The notes beneath the pieces were generated by a model. It was given only the letters and a program-made list of their open reading frames with translations, made no database searches and had not been told where the DNA came from. Below are positions 9,410 to 17,211 of a stretch of 61,757 nucleotides of DNA, piece by piece. The position numbers were made by a program, and so were the translations under genes. Location: IMG/VR virus record IMGVR_UViG_3300032289_001903, positions 1-61,757 of that record. One strand, given 5' to 3'. This stretch comes from a virus (Duplodnaviria; Caudoviricetes). Every line of letters starts with the position of its first letter. Positions within the stretch are counted from its first letter, which is position 1.

Positions 9410-10396
9410 ATGAATGTTATAGATAAAATATTACTAGAGTGGTCATACCGTTGCCACGATGGAATCGTTGATATGAACGATCCTAAAAAGAAAGCTATAT
9501 TAGATCAAATATTAAAAGAAAATAATATAGAAGAAATAGAATTACTTAATGAGAATGATGAAACTTATGATAAAGTAATTAAAAATGCTTTAAAAGTAGA
9601 AGATATTCCTCGAGTACAAGGTCAATATAATTTAGGAACAGATACTAATATTAATGGAGAAGACGCAGAAATATTTAAAAAATTATACCCAGTAGCTCCT
9701 CCTAAAAAAGGTAAAGAAATAGACTCAGCTGGATCTAAAGGTACAGGTAATGGAGAAATAGCTATGTATTGGTTATTTGCTCATCAAGAAGGACATACAG
9801 CTCAAGGTACACAAGGTGGTGGTAAGCCGGATTTAGAAATAGATGGTAAAGGTGTTGAAGTAAAAGCATATGACTCTAATCGTATAACATTGGGTAGATT
9901 TGGATCAGATAAAGCTAATATTGATTTATTAAACACTTTATTTGGACTAGATACTTTAGTATCCAGTATAGAAAAAACTGGAGATAAAGATAAACGAGCT
10001 AGTTCTTTAAATTTTTCAAAATCAGATATAGTTCGTGCTTTTAATACTTTAGTTGATTTCAGCGATAATGAAGAACTTAGAGGATTAGCATCAAAATATC
10101 CTTTAATTGGAAATATATATTCTAAAATAGATGCTCTTAATCAACAAATAGGATTAAAAAAGGGGTCTTCATCTGAAGAATATGCTGGTGCTTTGGTAAA
10201 ACGTATGTTATTAAGAAAATTTGGAGAAAAACCAGGGTTTGGTGGTTACATTGTTAATGTAAGTGAAAATGGAAATTTGAAATATATTCAAATAACCGAA
10301 GAAAAGATTAAAAATATAAGTAATGAAGATATACTAGAAAATACCTTCATAAATCAAGGATCAATTATAATCAACCCAGAAGGATTATTAAAATAG
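9410..10396 (+). CDS. Putative PD-(D/E)xK nuclease-fold protein with tag-like N-terminus
   Basis: GNGEIA...KPDLEIDGKGVEVK matches E...PD-x(n)-ExK; N-terminus IDKILLE...LLNE. Confidence 0.5.
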   Translation: MNVIDKILLEWSYRCHDGIVDMNDPKKKAILDQILKENNIEEIELLNENDETYDKVIKNALKVEDIPRVQGQYNLGTDTNINGEDAEIFKKLYPVAPPKKGKEIDSAGSKGTGNGEIAMYWLFAHQEGHTAQGTQGGGKPDLEIDGKGVEVKAYDSNRITLGRFGSDKANIDLLNTLFGLDTLVSSIEKTGDKDKRASSLNFSKSDIVRAFNTLVDFSDNEELRGLASKYPLIGNIYSKIDALNQQIGLKKGSSSEEYAGALVKRMLLRKFGEKPGFGGYIVNVSENGNLKYIQITEEKIKNISNEDILENTFINQGSIIINPEGLLK

Positions 10397-10402
10397 TTAT
10401 TT

Positions 10403-10678
10403 ATGAGACAAATGCAAAATAATTTTAGACGATCAATAGCAATTAATCAAGCTTTAGAAGCAGCAAAACAGCCATCATCTAAAATAATAAAAACAAAAAC
10501 AACAATAGAACCTCCTGTAGCTGAACAACCACAACCAATAGTTGAATCAAAACCAGAACCTATTGTTGAACAACCTAAAGTTGAACAACAACCAACTATT
10601 GAACAACAACCTAAGGTTGAAGAATTTAAACCAAAACAACAACAACAACAAAACAGATTACCTAATTTAGGTAAATAA
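10403..10678 (+). CDS. Low-complexity Gln/Pro/Glu-rich protein
   Basis: Repeated EQQP/EQPKV units. Confidence 0.45.
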   Translation: MRQMQNNFRRSIAINQALEAAKQPSSKIIKTKTTIEPPVAEQPQPIVESKPEPIVEQPKVEQQPTIEQQPKVEEFKPKQQQQQNRLPNLGK

Positions 10679-10684
10679 CATATA

Positions 10685-10731
10685 GACAGATTCATAGCCT
10701 GTCGACTAATAAACAATATTAAGCAGCTGTG
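10685..10731 (+). ncRNA. Candidate H-type pseudoknot RNA element
   Basis: Stem GACAG/CTGTC (10685-89/10699-703); loop CATAGC can pair with GCTGTG (10726-31) after an A-rich linker. Confidence 0.3.
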
Positions 10732-10760
10732 GCGCACCCAAAAGGTGCGCTCTCTCTTTG
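10732..10760 (+). terminator. Putative intrinsic terminator
   Basis: GCGCACC-CAAAA-GGTGCGC hairpin with a pyrimidine tail. Confidence 0.55.
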
Positions 10761-10787
10761 CTTGTCAAAATAAAAATTTTATATTTA
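10757..10787 (+). promoter_or_regulatory. Bacteroidota-type sigma70 promoter candidate
   Basis: TTTG-N19-TATATTTA versus consensus TTTG-N19..21-TAnnTTTG; GTCAAAATA in the spacer. Confidence 0.45.
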
Positions 10788-10792
10788 ATTAT

Positions 10793-12094
10793 ATGCAAAA
10801 GAAAATCGTAATCGTAGGCGCCGGTGTAGCGGGCATAAACGCTGCAACTAAATTAGTAGATAACGGCTATGATGGTAGCTTAATCACTATTATAGACAAA
10901 GGTAATGACCCACATAACCGCTTACCTGAAGAGGTAATGACAGGTATGTTAGGTGCTGGTGGATGGAGTGATGGTAAATTAACATACCACACAGCAATCG
11001 GTGGTCAACTATCTAAGTATTGTGGTGAGGATAAAGCAATGGAATTGATGGATCAAGTTATTAGTAACTTCAGACGCTTTCACCCTAAACCAGAAGAAAT
11101 ATTCTGTTCTGATCCAGTAGCTGAACCAGACTTTATTAAACCATACTTTGGATTACGTTTGTTTCCTGTATGGCATATTGGTAGTAATTATTTACACGAG
11201 ATTGCTAAAGCATGGTATCAATATTTAGTTGATAAGGGTGTTAGGTTTGCTTGGAATACTGAGATAGATGAAATTGACTTTAAAGGACAAATGGTGATAG
11301 GTAAACAAGGTAAAACAGCAATGTTACCATATGATAATTTAATATTCGCAGTAGGTAAATCAGGTATTGACTTTGCACAACAATTATCAGACGACTATAA
11401 ATTACCAACTGAACCTAAATCAGTTCAAATAGGTGTTCGATTTGAAGCACCACAAAAATATTTTCAAAAATTAATAGATATTTCTTATGACTTCAAATTA
11501 TATCAGAAATATGAAAATGTTTCTTTACGTAGCTTTTGTACTAATAACAATGCCGCTTACGTGGCCGTGGAGGAAACGTACGGCGATGTTACGTACAACG
11601 GCCATGCGAAAAAGGGCGAACAATACAGAAACGATATGACCAATTTTGGTATATTGATGGAAATTAAAGGTATTGAAGATCCATTTAAATGGTCTAGAAA
11701 TGTAGTAAACAACATTCAGAGAAATGGAAAAGGATTGTATTACTCACCAAGTCGTAAACCATCAAATACATCAGAAGGAAATAATATTTCTTGTCACCAA
11801 GTAGATAATTGTTTGGTGTTTAAAGGAGAAATGGGAGAATATGCAGATTATATTCTTACCTTTATTGATAATATGAACGAAGTATTCAACTTTGGTGATG
11901 ATTGGGGTATGTATATTCCTGAAGTAAAGTACCTATCACCAGAACCACTAGTAAACTATACTAATTTAGCATTAACTGATTATCCAAATGTATATTTTGT
12001 TGGTGATGCATTAAGTGCTCGTGGTATTACTGTATCAGGTGCACATGGAATTTATGTTGCTGAATATTTATTGACAAACGTAACTAATGACTAA
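10793..12094 (+). CDS. FAD/NAD(P)-dependent oxidoreductase (COG2509-like)
   Basis: Rossmann IVGAGVAG, GAGGWSDGKL, FCTN, VGD..ARGI motifs. Start set at ATG 10793, downstream of the terminator and promoter. Confidence 0.8.
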   Translation: MQKKIVIVGAGVAGINAATKLVDNGYDGSLITIIDKGNDPHNRLPEEVMTGMLGAGGWSDGKLTYHTAIGGQLSKYCGEDKAMELMDQVISNFRRFHPKPEEIFCSDPVAEPDFIKPYFGLRLFPVWHIGSNYLHEIAKAWYQYLVDKGVRFAWNTEIDEIDFKGQMVIGKQGKTAMLPYDNLIFAVGKSGIDFAQQLSDDYKLPTEPKSVQIGVRFEAPQKYFQKLIDISYDFKLYQKYENVSLRSFCTNNNAAYVAVEETYGDVTYNGHAKKGEQYRNDMTNFGILMEIKGIEDPFKWSRNVVNNIQRNGKGLYYSPSRKPSNTSEGNNISCHQVDNCLVFKGEMGEYADYILTFIDNMNEVFNFGDDWGMYIPEVKYLSPEPLVNYTNLALTDYPNVYFVGDALSARGITVSGAHGIYVAEYLLTNVTND

Positions 12095-12338
12095 ACAACA
12101 ATTACGCGAGGCTATCCGTCGCATTATTAGACAAGAATTAAACGAAAATGCTCCTGCAGAAACAAAACCAAAACCAGGAGTTAAAGAAAAAGAACCGCCT
12201 GCAGAAAAACCAGGTAAACGCCGTGAATTTGTTCCAAAACCAGGAGCTGATCCAAGACCAAAAGCTAAAACTAAAGTAACTATGGAAGAAGCTAGTAAAC
12301 TTAAAGATATTATTCAACGCTTTAAATCTAAGAAATAA
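12087..12338 (+). CDS. Small tagged Pro/Lys-rich protein (class II tag)
   Basis: MTKQQLREAIRRIIRQELNE. Confidence 0.5.
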   Translation: MTKQQLREAIRRIIRQELNENAPAETKPKPGVKEKEPPAEKPGKRREFVPKPGADPRPKAKTKVTMEEASKLKDIIQRFKSKK

Positions 12339-13360
12339 TGGCTCGTTTATTAGAAGTAGAATACGAAAAAATATTCTCCCCTAAAACAATGGCTGGTTTA
12401 AAAGGTAAATCAGGTGAATCTTTACGCTCAATGCTTGGTAATAAATCATTAATGCAAACAATGATGAAATCTCAAGAAGTATTAGATGAAATTATTGATG
12501 CTGAAGAAGGATATCGTGATGAATTAGAAATGGTAGCTGCTCAAATGGTAACTGATGCCTACCCAATTATTGACTATGCTAATATCAGAATTGATGCTAA
12601 AATAGTTGGTATGGGTGATATGAATATTCAGGAACCCCCACCAAATGAAGATCCAACATCTCCTGATTTTGGTGAAGATGATCCTGAAAAACTAAAAGCA
12701 AAACGCCGTATTATTAATGGTATAACCCAAGGTGCTTCAATTAGAGGGGCATTTGGATTTATGCTATTTAAAGAATATCTAGATAACATTAACCCAGCAT
12801 TAGTAGAAAAATATAATGAAATACTTAAATTAGCATTTGGTATTTATGATGACGAAAATGCAATTGCAATGATGTTAGCAGCATTGGCTCAAGGTCAAAA
12901 AATGCAAGGTGGCGAAAGTGAAATGGAATATGATGAAGAAAATAGCCAGTTTGTTATTAAAGCAAAAGCAATTTGCTTTCCAATGCTCGTACATGAAATT
13001 GTAAAAGGATTGTATGAAATTGTTGGTACACAAGGATTTGGAATGGATGCTGAAAAAAATAAAGCTATTATAGGTGCTGTAGATAAATTATCTAACGAAC
13101 CAAATGATTTACGTTTTGGTAAGTTTTTATATGATGCTATTAATAAGTTATACGCTGAAAGCGATATTGATGATGCACGTGTTCGTGAATTATTTTTTGC
13201 AGCCTTATATAAATTAGAAGACGATGAATTTTTCCCATTTGTAGAAAATGCTGTTAATGATGAATTAACTACATCACAAAAACAATGGGCTATAGGTGAA
13301 ATGAAAGATATTGAAAAAGATCTAAGAAAAGACGATACTGGTTTAGAAGATTTAGATTAG
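12338..13360 (+). CDS. Acidic phage protein of unknown function
   Basis: 340 aa, MARLLE start, KRRIINGITQGA and HEIVKGLYE motifs; translationally coupled (TAATG). Confidence 0.5.
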   Translation: MARLLEVEYEKIFSPKTMAGLKGKSGESLRSMLGNKSLMQTMMKSQEVLDEIIDAEEGYRDELEMVAAQMVTDAYPIIDYANIRIDAKIVGMGDMNIQEPPPNEDPTSPDFGEDDPEKLKAKRRIINGITQGASIRGAFGFMLFKEYLDNINPALVEKYNEILKLAFGIYDDENAIAMMLAALAQGQKMQGGESEMEYDEENSQFVIKAKAICFPMLVHEIVKGLYEIVGTQGFGMDAEKNKAIIGAVDKLSNEPNDLRFGKFLYDAINKLYAESDIDDARVRELFFAALYKLEDDEFFPFVENAVNDELTTSQKQWAIGEMKDIEKDLRKDDTGLEDLD

Positions 13361-13383
13361 TCAAAATAACTTTCATACCTTTA
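13352..13383 (+). promoter_or_regulatory. Bacteroidota-type promoter candidate
   Basis: TTAG-N20-TACCTTTA with GTCAAAATA in the spacer. Confidence 0.35.
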
Positions 13384-13395
13384 AAATAAAAACGT

Positions 13396-13653
13396 ATGAA
13401 AGAAACACTAGAAACACAAAGATTAGTACAAGCAGACGGAACAGTAGTACATTATGTTCGTATCAACGGAGTAAATAAAATACATAACTGGGATGGAGCT
13501 GCACTAATACCACAAGGTAATAAACGTCAAGCAGAATACTATTTATTTGGTATTAAGTATAGCAAAGATCAGTGGTTAGAATTTAAGAAAGGTGTTAATG
13601 GTGTACCATTCTATAAAACAGCAGCTGGTAAAGCAGCAGGCGCAAGAGTATAA
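13396..13653 (+). CDS. Small phage protein with HxxDG(P/A)A-type motif
   Basis: IHNWDGAALI...EYYLFG. Confidence 0.5.
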   Translation: MKETLETQRLVQADGTVVHYVRINGVNKIHNWDGAALIPQGNKRQAEYYLFGIKYSKDQWLEFKKGVNGVPFYKTAAGKAAGARV

Positions 13654-13659
13654 AATATT

Positions 13660-13682
13660 AGGGGCTGCAAAGCCCCTTTCTT
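13660..13682 (+). terminator. Putative intrinsic terminator
   Basis: AGGGGCT-GCAA-AGCCCCT then TTCTT. Confidence 0.6.
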
Positions 13683-13693
13683 AATTTAATGTT

Positions 13694-13903
13694 ATGAAAA
13701 TAGATAAGAAATTTACTCGGGTTTTTGAAAATGATAATTCAACAGAAACATGGTTATATGACCCTAATAAATCAACTAAAGGACCAATTAGTGTTGAAAT
13801 TAAGTACAAAGCTGGTGCTGAAAAAGCTATGAAACAAGGAGCTAAAGATGCTAAACAAGAGAAGAAAGCAGCACGTCAAATGAAAAAAATCAATAACAAA
13901 TGA
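13694..13903 (+). CDS. Small basic hypothetical protein
   Basis: 69 aa ORF, ATGA overlap with the next gene. Confidence 0.5.
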   Translation: MKIDKKFTRVFENDNSTETWLYDPNKSTKGPISVEIKYKAGAEKAMKQGAKDAKQEKKAARQMKKINNK

Positions 13904-14421
13904 AAATAGGATTATGCGGTACAATTAGTGTAGGTAAGACTACATTAGTAAATGCACTTAAACAACTCGATCAATTTAAAGATTACGAAACAGCAACTGA
14001 ACGTAGTAAATATCTACGCGATCAAGGTATCAGTTTAAATACTGATTCAACATTAAAAGGTCAAATAGTATTTGCTGCTGAACGTAGTATTGAATTAATG
14101 AAGCCAAACATCATTACTGATAGAACAATATATGATGTTTGTGCATTTACATTATCAGCAAAATCAATTGGTTGGTATGACAGACGTAGATTTGTTGAAT
14201 TAATGATGAATTTACGTGATGAATATGACGTGATTATTTATGTATCACCTGAAGGTGTTGATATTGAAGATAATGGTGTTCGTACAACGGATGCAGAATA
14301 TCGTAAAAATATAGACATTACCATTCAGGAAATGTTAACTGAATACCCACCTAAAAAATTAATCAATATTAAAGGTTCAACAGAAGAACGCATAAACACT
14401 ATTATTTCACAACTAATCTAA
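13900..14421 (+). CDS. P-loop NadR/AAA_28-like nucleotide kinase
   Basis: Walker A GTISVGKTT, DRT..D motif, EDNGVR lid. Confidence 0.7.
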   Translation: MKIGLCGTISVGKTTLVNALKQLDQFKDYETATERSKYLRDQGISLNTDSTLKGQIVFAAERSIELMKPNIITDRTIYDVCAFTLSAKSIGWYDRRRFVELMMNLRDEYDVIIYVSPEGVDIEDNGVRTTDAEYRKNIDITIQEMLTEYPPKKLINIKGSTEERINTIISQLI

Positions 14422-14456
14422 TATTTATGGATATCACACTAAACGAACTAAAAACA

Positions 14457-15455
14457 ATGAAAGTTAAACAACTTCGTAGATTAATACGCGAATCCGTAAT
14501 GGAGATTTTAAATGAAGATGAAGCTAAATCAAAACAATTAAAAATTCAAGCTGCTAAATTAGATCAACAGTCTGCTACATTAAAAAAACAAGCTGCTGAT
14601 GAAGAAGTAAAAGATGCTCAACAAGATGCACAAGCTGCTACTAACGAAAATTTGGAAGAAATGGCTCGTATTCCTAAAGGATTTAAATTATCTAATCCAG
14701 AAATGAATACAACTACATACACAAAAATGATTAGCGGTACACCATTATCATCAGTTCTAGATTATTTCCGCCAGAACCCAGGAGCTGATGTAAAATCAAT
14801 CCAAAACCACTTCCAATTTGTTCGTCCACAAATAGCAAACGGATTAGTTAAAGGTTTATTAGATGCAGGTGTATTAGTTAAATTAACTGCAAGTGGTGAA
14901 GAAGTAGCTCCTGTAGCACCAGGTGAAGAATCACCAACACAAGCTTCTGAACCAGAAGATTTATTTATGGGTAGTGCTGAAAATCCATTATCAATGTATT
15001 TCGATAATGTACCTAATGCTGATGGAGATGAAGATTTTAATGATAGTGAAGAACCAACAACAGGTGAATTAGAACCAGCAGAACCAACAGCTGGTAGTAT
15101 GAGTGATGAAGATTATGAAGCATTTATGAAATATGATGATTTAAAAAATCGTTTAGATGCTACTAAATCTAATATCTTAAAATCAAAACGTAGTAAAGGT
15201 GGTACAGCAGGTGATATTGGTGATAAACCAGGAACTGAATTAGCACGTTTACAAGCATTAAAAACATCATTAGAATCTAGAATAGATAATATTGTAAAAG
15301 ATTCTCCATACTTACAAAAACGTATTGAAAAATTAACAGGTAAAGCATACGAACCAATTGAGATTGAGCCTGAAGATACAGATACATTAGATGAAGCATA
15401 TAATACTGAATATGAAAAACGCAAATTACAATTCTATGCTGGAATTATTAAATAA
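14457..15455 (+). CDS. Tagged acidic putative head protein (class II N-tag, class III-like C-tag)
   Basis: MKVKQLRRLIRESVMEILNE; C-terminus RKLQFYAGIIK. ATATTTAT at 14421 overlaps the 14427 ATG, favouring the 14457 start. Confidence 0.55.
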   Translation: MKVKQLRRLIRESVMEILNEDEAKSKQLKIQAAKLDQQSATLKKQAADEEVKDAQQDAQAATNENLEEMARIPKGFKLSNPEMNTTTYTKMISGTPLSSVLDYFRQNPGADVKSIQNHFQFVRPQIANGLVKGLLDAGVLVKLTASGEEVAPVAPGEESPTQASEPEDLFMGSAENPLSMYFDNVPNADGDEDFNDSEEPTTGELEPAEPTAGSMSDEDYEAFMKYDDLKNRLDATKSNILKSKRSKGGTAGDIGDKPGTELARLQALKTSLESRIDNIVKDSPYLQKRIEKLTGKAYEPIEIEPEDTDTLDEAYNTEYEKRKLQFYAGIIK

Positions 15456-15789
15456 GTATAAAAAACAAATAGCCTACGTTATTGTAGGCTTATTTTTATT
15501 ATACGGTATTATATGGATTGCAACTCGTAAACCACAAATACCTGCTAATATTAAAGCAACAATTGATTCATTAACTAATATTAATAAACAATTAATAGAA
15601 CATCAAAAACAAATTGATAGTACTATCCATGTTTATGAAGCTGAAGTTAAACAAGTTGATTATGCTATAGATCATATCAAAGAAAAAACAACAATTATTA
15701 AAGAATACTATCACGAACAGAGTCAACAAGTAAATAATTATACTCCTACTGAATTAGATTCATTCTTTAAAGCAAGATACAATTACTAA
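15436..15789 (+). CDS. Type II membrane coiled-coil protein (i-spanin-like)
   Basis: KYKK then TM IAYVIVGLFLLYGIIWIA then coiled coil. Confidence 0.45.
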   Translation: MLELLNKYKKQIAYVIVGLFLLYGIIWIATRKPQIPANIKATIDSLTNINKQLIEHQKQIDSTIHVYEAEVKQVDYAIDHIKEKTTIIKEYYHEQSQQVNNYTPTELDSFFKARYNY

Positions 15790-16226
15790 TGAAATATCTA
15801 TTAACTATACTATTAATATCATTATCATTTATAAGCAAAGCACAACGAATGCCTACATATGATAGTTTAGGTAACGTTACTTACTATACAGAAGATACAA
15901 TTAAATTGCCATATTCAGTAGCTAAACAAGTAGCTAAAGATTTAGTTAGCGGTGATAGTGCTAAAGCAGTACTTGAATTAACTAAAGAACAACTTATATT
16001 AACTGAAAGTAAATTAGTGCTAAAAGATAGTATTATATCTAATCATGTACAGAAAGGTATTATGTATGAAGAGCGTATTAAAAACGAACAACTAAAATTT
16101 GAAACACAAGGTAAATGGGTTGATCAATTACGTAAACAAAATAAAAATCTAAAAGTAAAATTAGTATTTACTAAAATAACACTTAGTGCTATTGTTGGTG
16201 GATTAACATATCTTTATTTTAAATAA
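15789..16226 (+). CDS. Exported coiled-coil protein with C-terminal TM (spanin-partner-like)
   Basis: Signal peptide MKYLLTILLISLSFISKA|Q, coiled coil, C-terminal hydrophobic ITLSAIVGGLTYLYF. Confidence 0.45.
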   Translation: MKYLLTILLISLSFISKAQRMPTYDSLGNVTYYTEDTIKLPYSVAKQVAKDLVSGDSAKAVLELTKEQLILTESKLVLKDSIISNHVQKGIMYEERIKNEQLKFETQGKWVDQLRKQNKNLKVKLVFTKITLSAIVGGLTYLYFK

Positions 16227-16235
16227 TTACAACAA

Positions 16236-16586
16236 ATGAACGAAATTAAAAGAATGCAGCAATTAGCTGGATTAATTAGTGAAGGTCAATTAAATGAAGC
16301 TACTTTTGGACCTCATGATAATTTTCAATGGAAATCTACTCCTGCCCATCCTGGGGATATGGTAAGAGATGAAGAAGAGGGAGATTATTTAACTAAAGAC
16401 GAATTTTGGAGACATAATGTAACAGGATTAGGAGATGGCTCTCACCCAAACCAAGGAAGACAACTACCAGATGGTACTTGGGTATTTTATTGGGATGCTG
16501 GAGAAATGAGTGGATTTGTAGAAGGAGAAGATTTTACATATAGTAATAAAGAAAAGGATAATGTATTAGGAGATTTTGATTTTTAA
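16236..16586 (+). CDS. Tagged putative head cargo protein (class III tag)
   Basis: MNEIKRMQQLAGLISEGQLNE. Confidence 0.55.
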   Translation: MNEIKRMQQLAGLISEGQLNEATFGPHDNFQWKSTPAHPGDMVRDEEEGDYLTKDEFWRHNVTGLGDGSHPNQGRQLPDGTWVFYWDAGEMSGFVEGEDFTYSNKEKDNVLGDFDF

Positions 16587-16593
16587 AATAATC

Positions 16594-16631
16594 GTCCTGC
16601 TACCATAGGACTGCCTATCTAGACCATAGGT
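16594..16631 (+). other. Two tandem hairpins sharing ACCATAGG
   Basis: GTCCT-gctaccat-AGGAC and CCTAT-ctagacc-ATAGG. Confidence 0.4.
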
Positions 16632-16634
16632 GCA

Positions 16635-16665
16635 AGCTCTAATCCCGTAAGGTTAGGGCTTTTTT
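16635..16665 (+). terminator. Intrinsic terminator
   Basis: AGCTCTAATC-CCGTAA-GGTTAGGGCT then a T run. Confidence 0.7.
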
Positions 16666-16680
16666 GATATATTTATATAC

Positions 16681-17211
16681 ATGGGTATGTCAACTAAAAT
16701 ATATTTAGTAGAAAATATAGAACCTGGTACTAACAAAGTTTATATAGGTAAAACTAAAAATAACGATAGGTACTATGGTCATCAATCTAAATATGGTTTA
16801 CAAATACAATATACTATAATAGATGAAATTAATTCATTAAATCATAGTGATTGGGAACCATTAGAAACATATTGGATTGAACAATTTAAACAATGGGGAT
16901 TTGAGGTAATAAATAAACGCAAAAAAGGTGGAAGTGGTCCAATATCTCATACTACTGAAACAAAACAAAAAATACGCAAAGGTAAAATAGGTCATGAGTG
17001 TTACTCTAATATAGAAAGAGGTAATAAAATTAGTAAAGCTTTACAAAATCATTCAAAACATTACACTGAAGAAATAATTCAAAAGATGAAAAAACCAAAA
17101 CCTAAAGATTTTGGTGAAAGAATAAGTAAAGCTTTAAAAGGTAGATCACGTCCTGATATAAAAGGTAGAGTAAGCCCTAATAAAGGTAAAACAAAGAAAA
17201 ATGAACAATAA
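16681..17211 (+). mobile_element. Free-standing GIY-YIG homing endonuclease with NUMOD3-like repeats
   Basis: KIYLV...VYIGKT, conserved E and N, then HTTETKQKI and KISKALKG-type repeats. Confidence 0.8.

Noticed and set aside
10745-10792. Upstream start extensions in the track (10745, 2268, 14427, 15391, 31462, 44906)
   Set aside because: They overlap terminators, promoter motifs or upstream genes; downstream ATGs give tag-initial or coupled starts.
16587-17211. Group I intron around the GIY-YIG gene
   Set aside because: No interrupted host gene, terL is intact, and the flanking non-coding DNA is too short for a ribozyme core.
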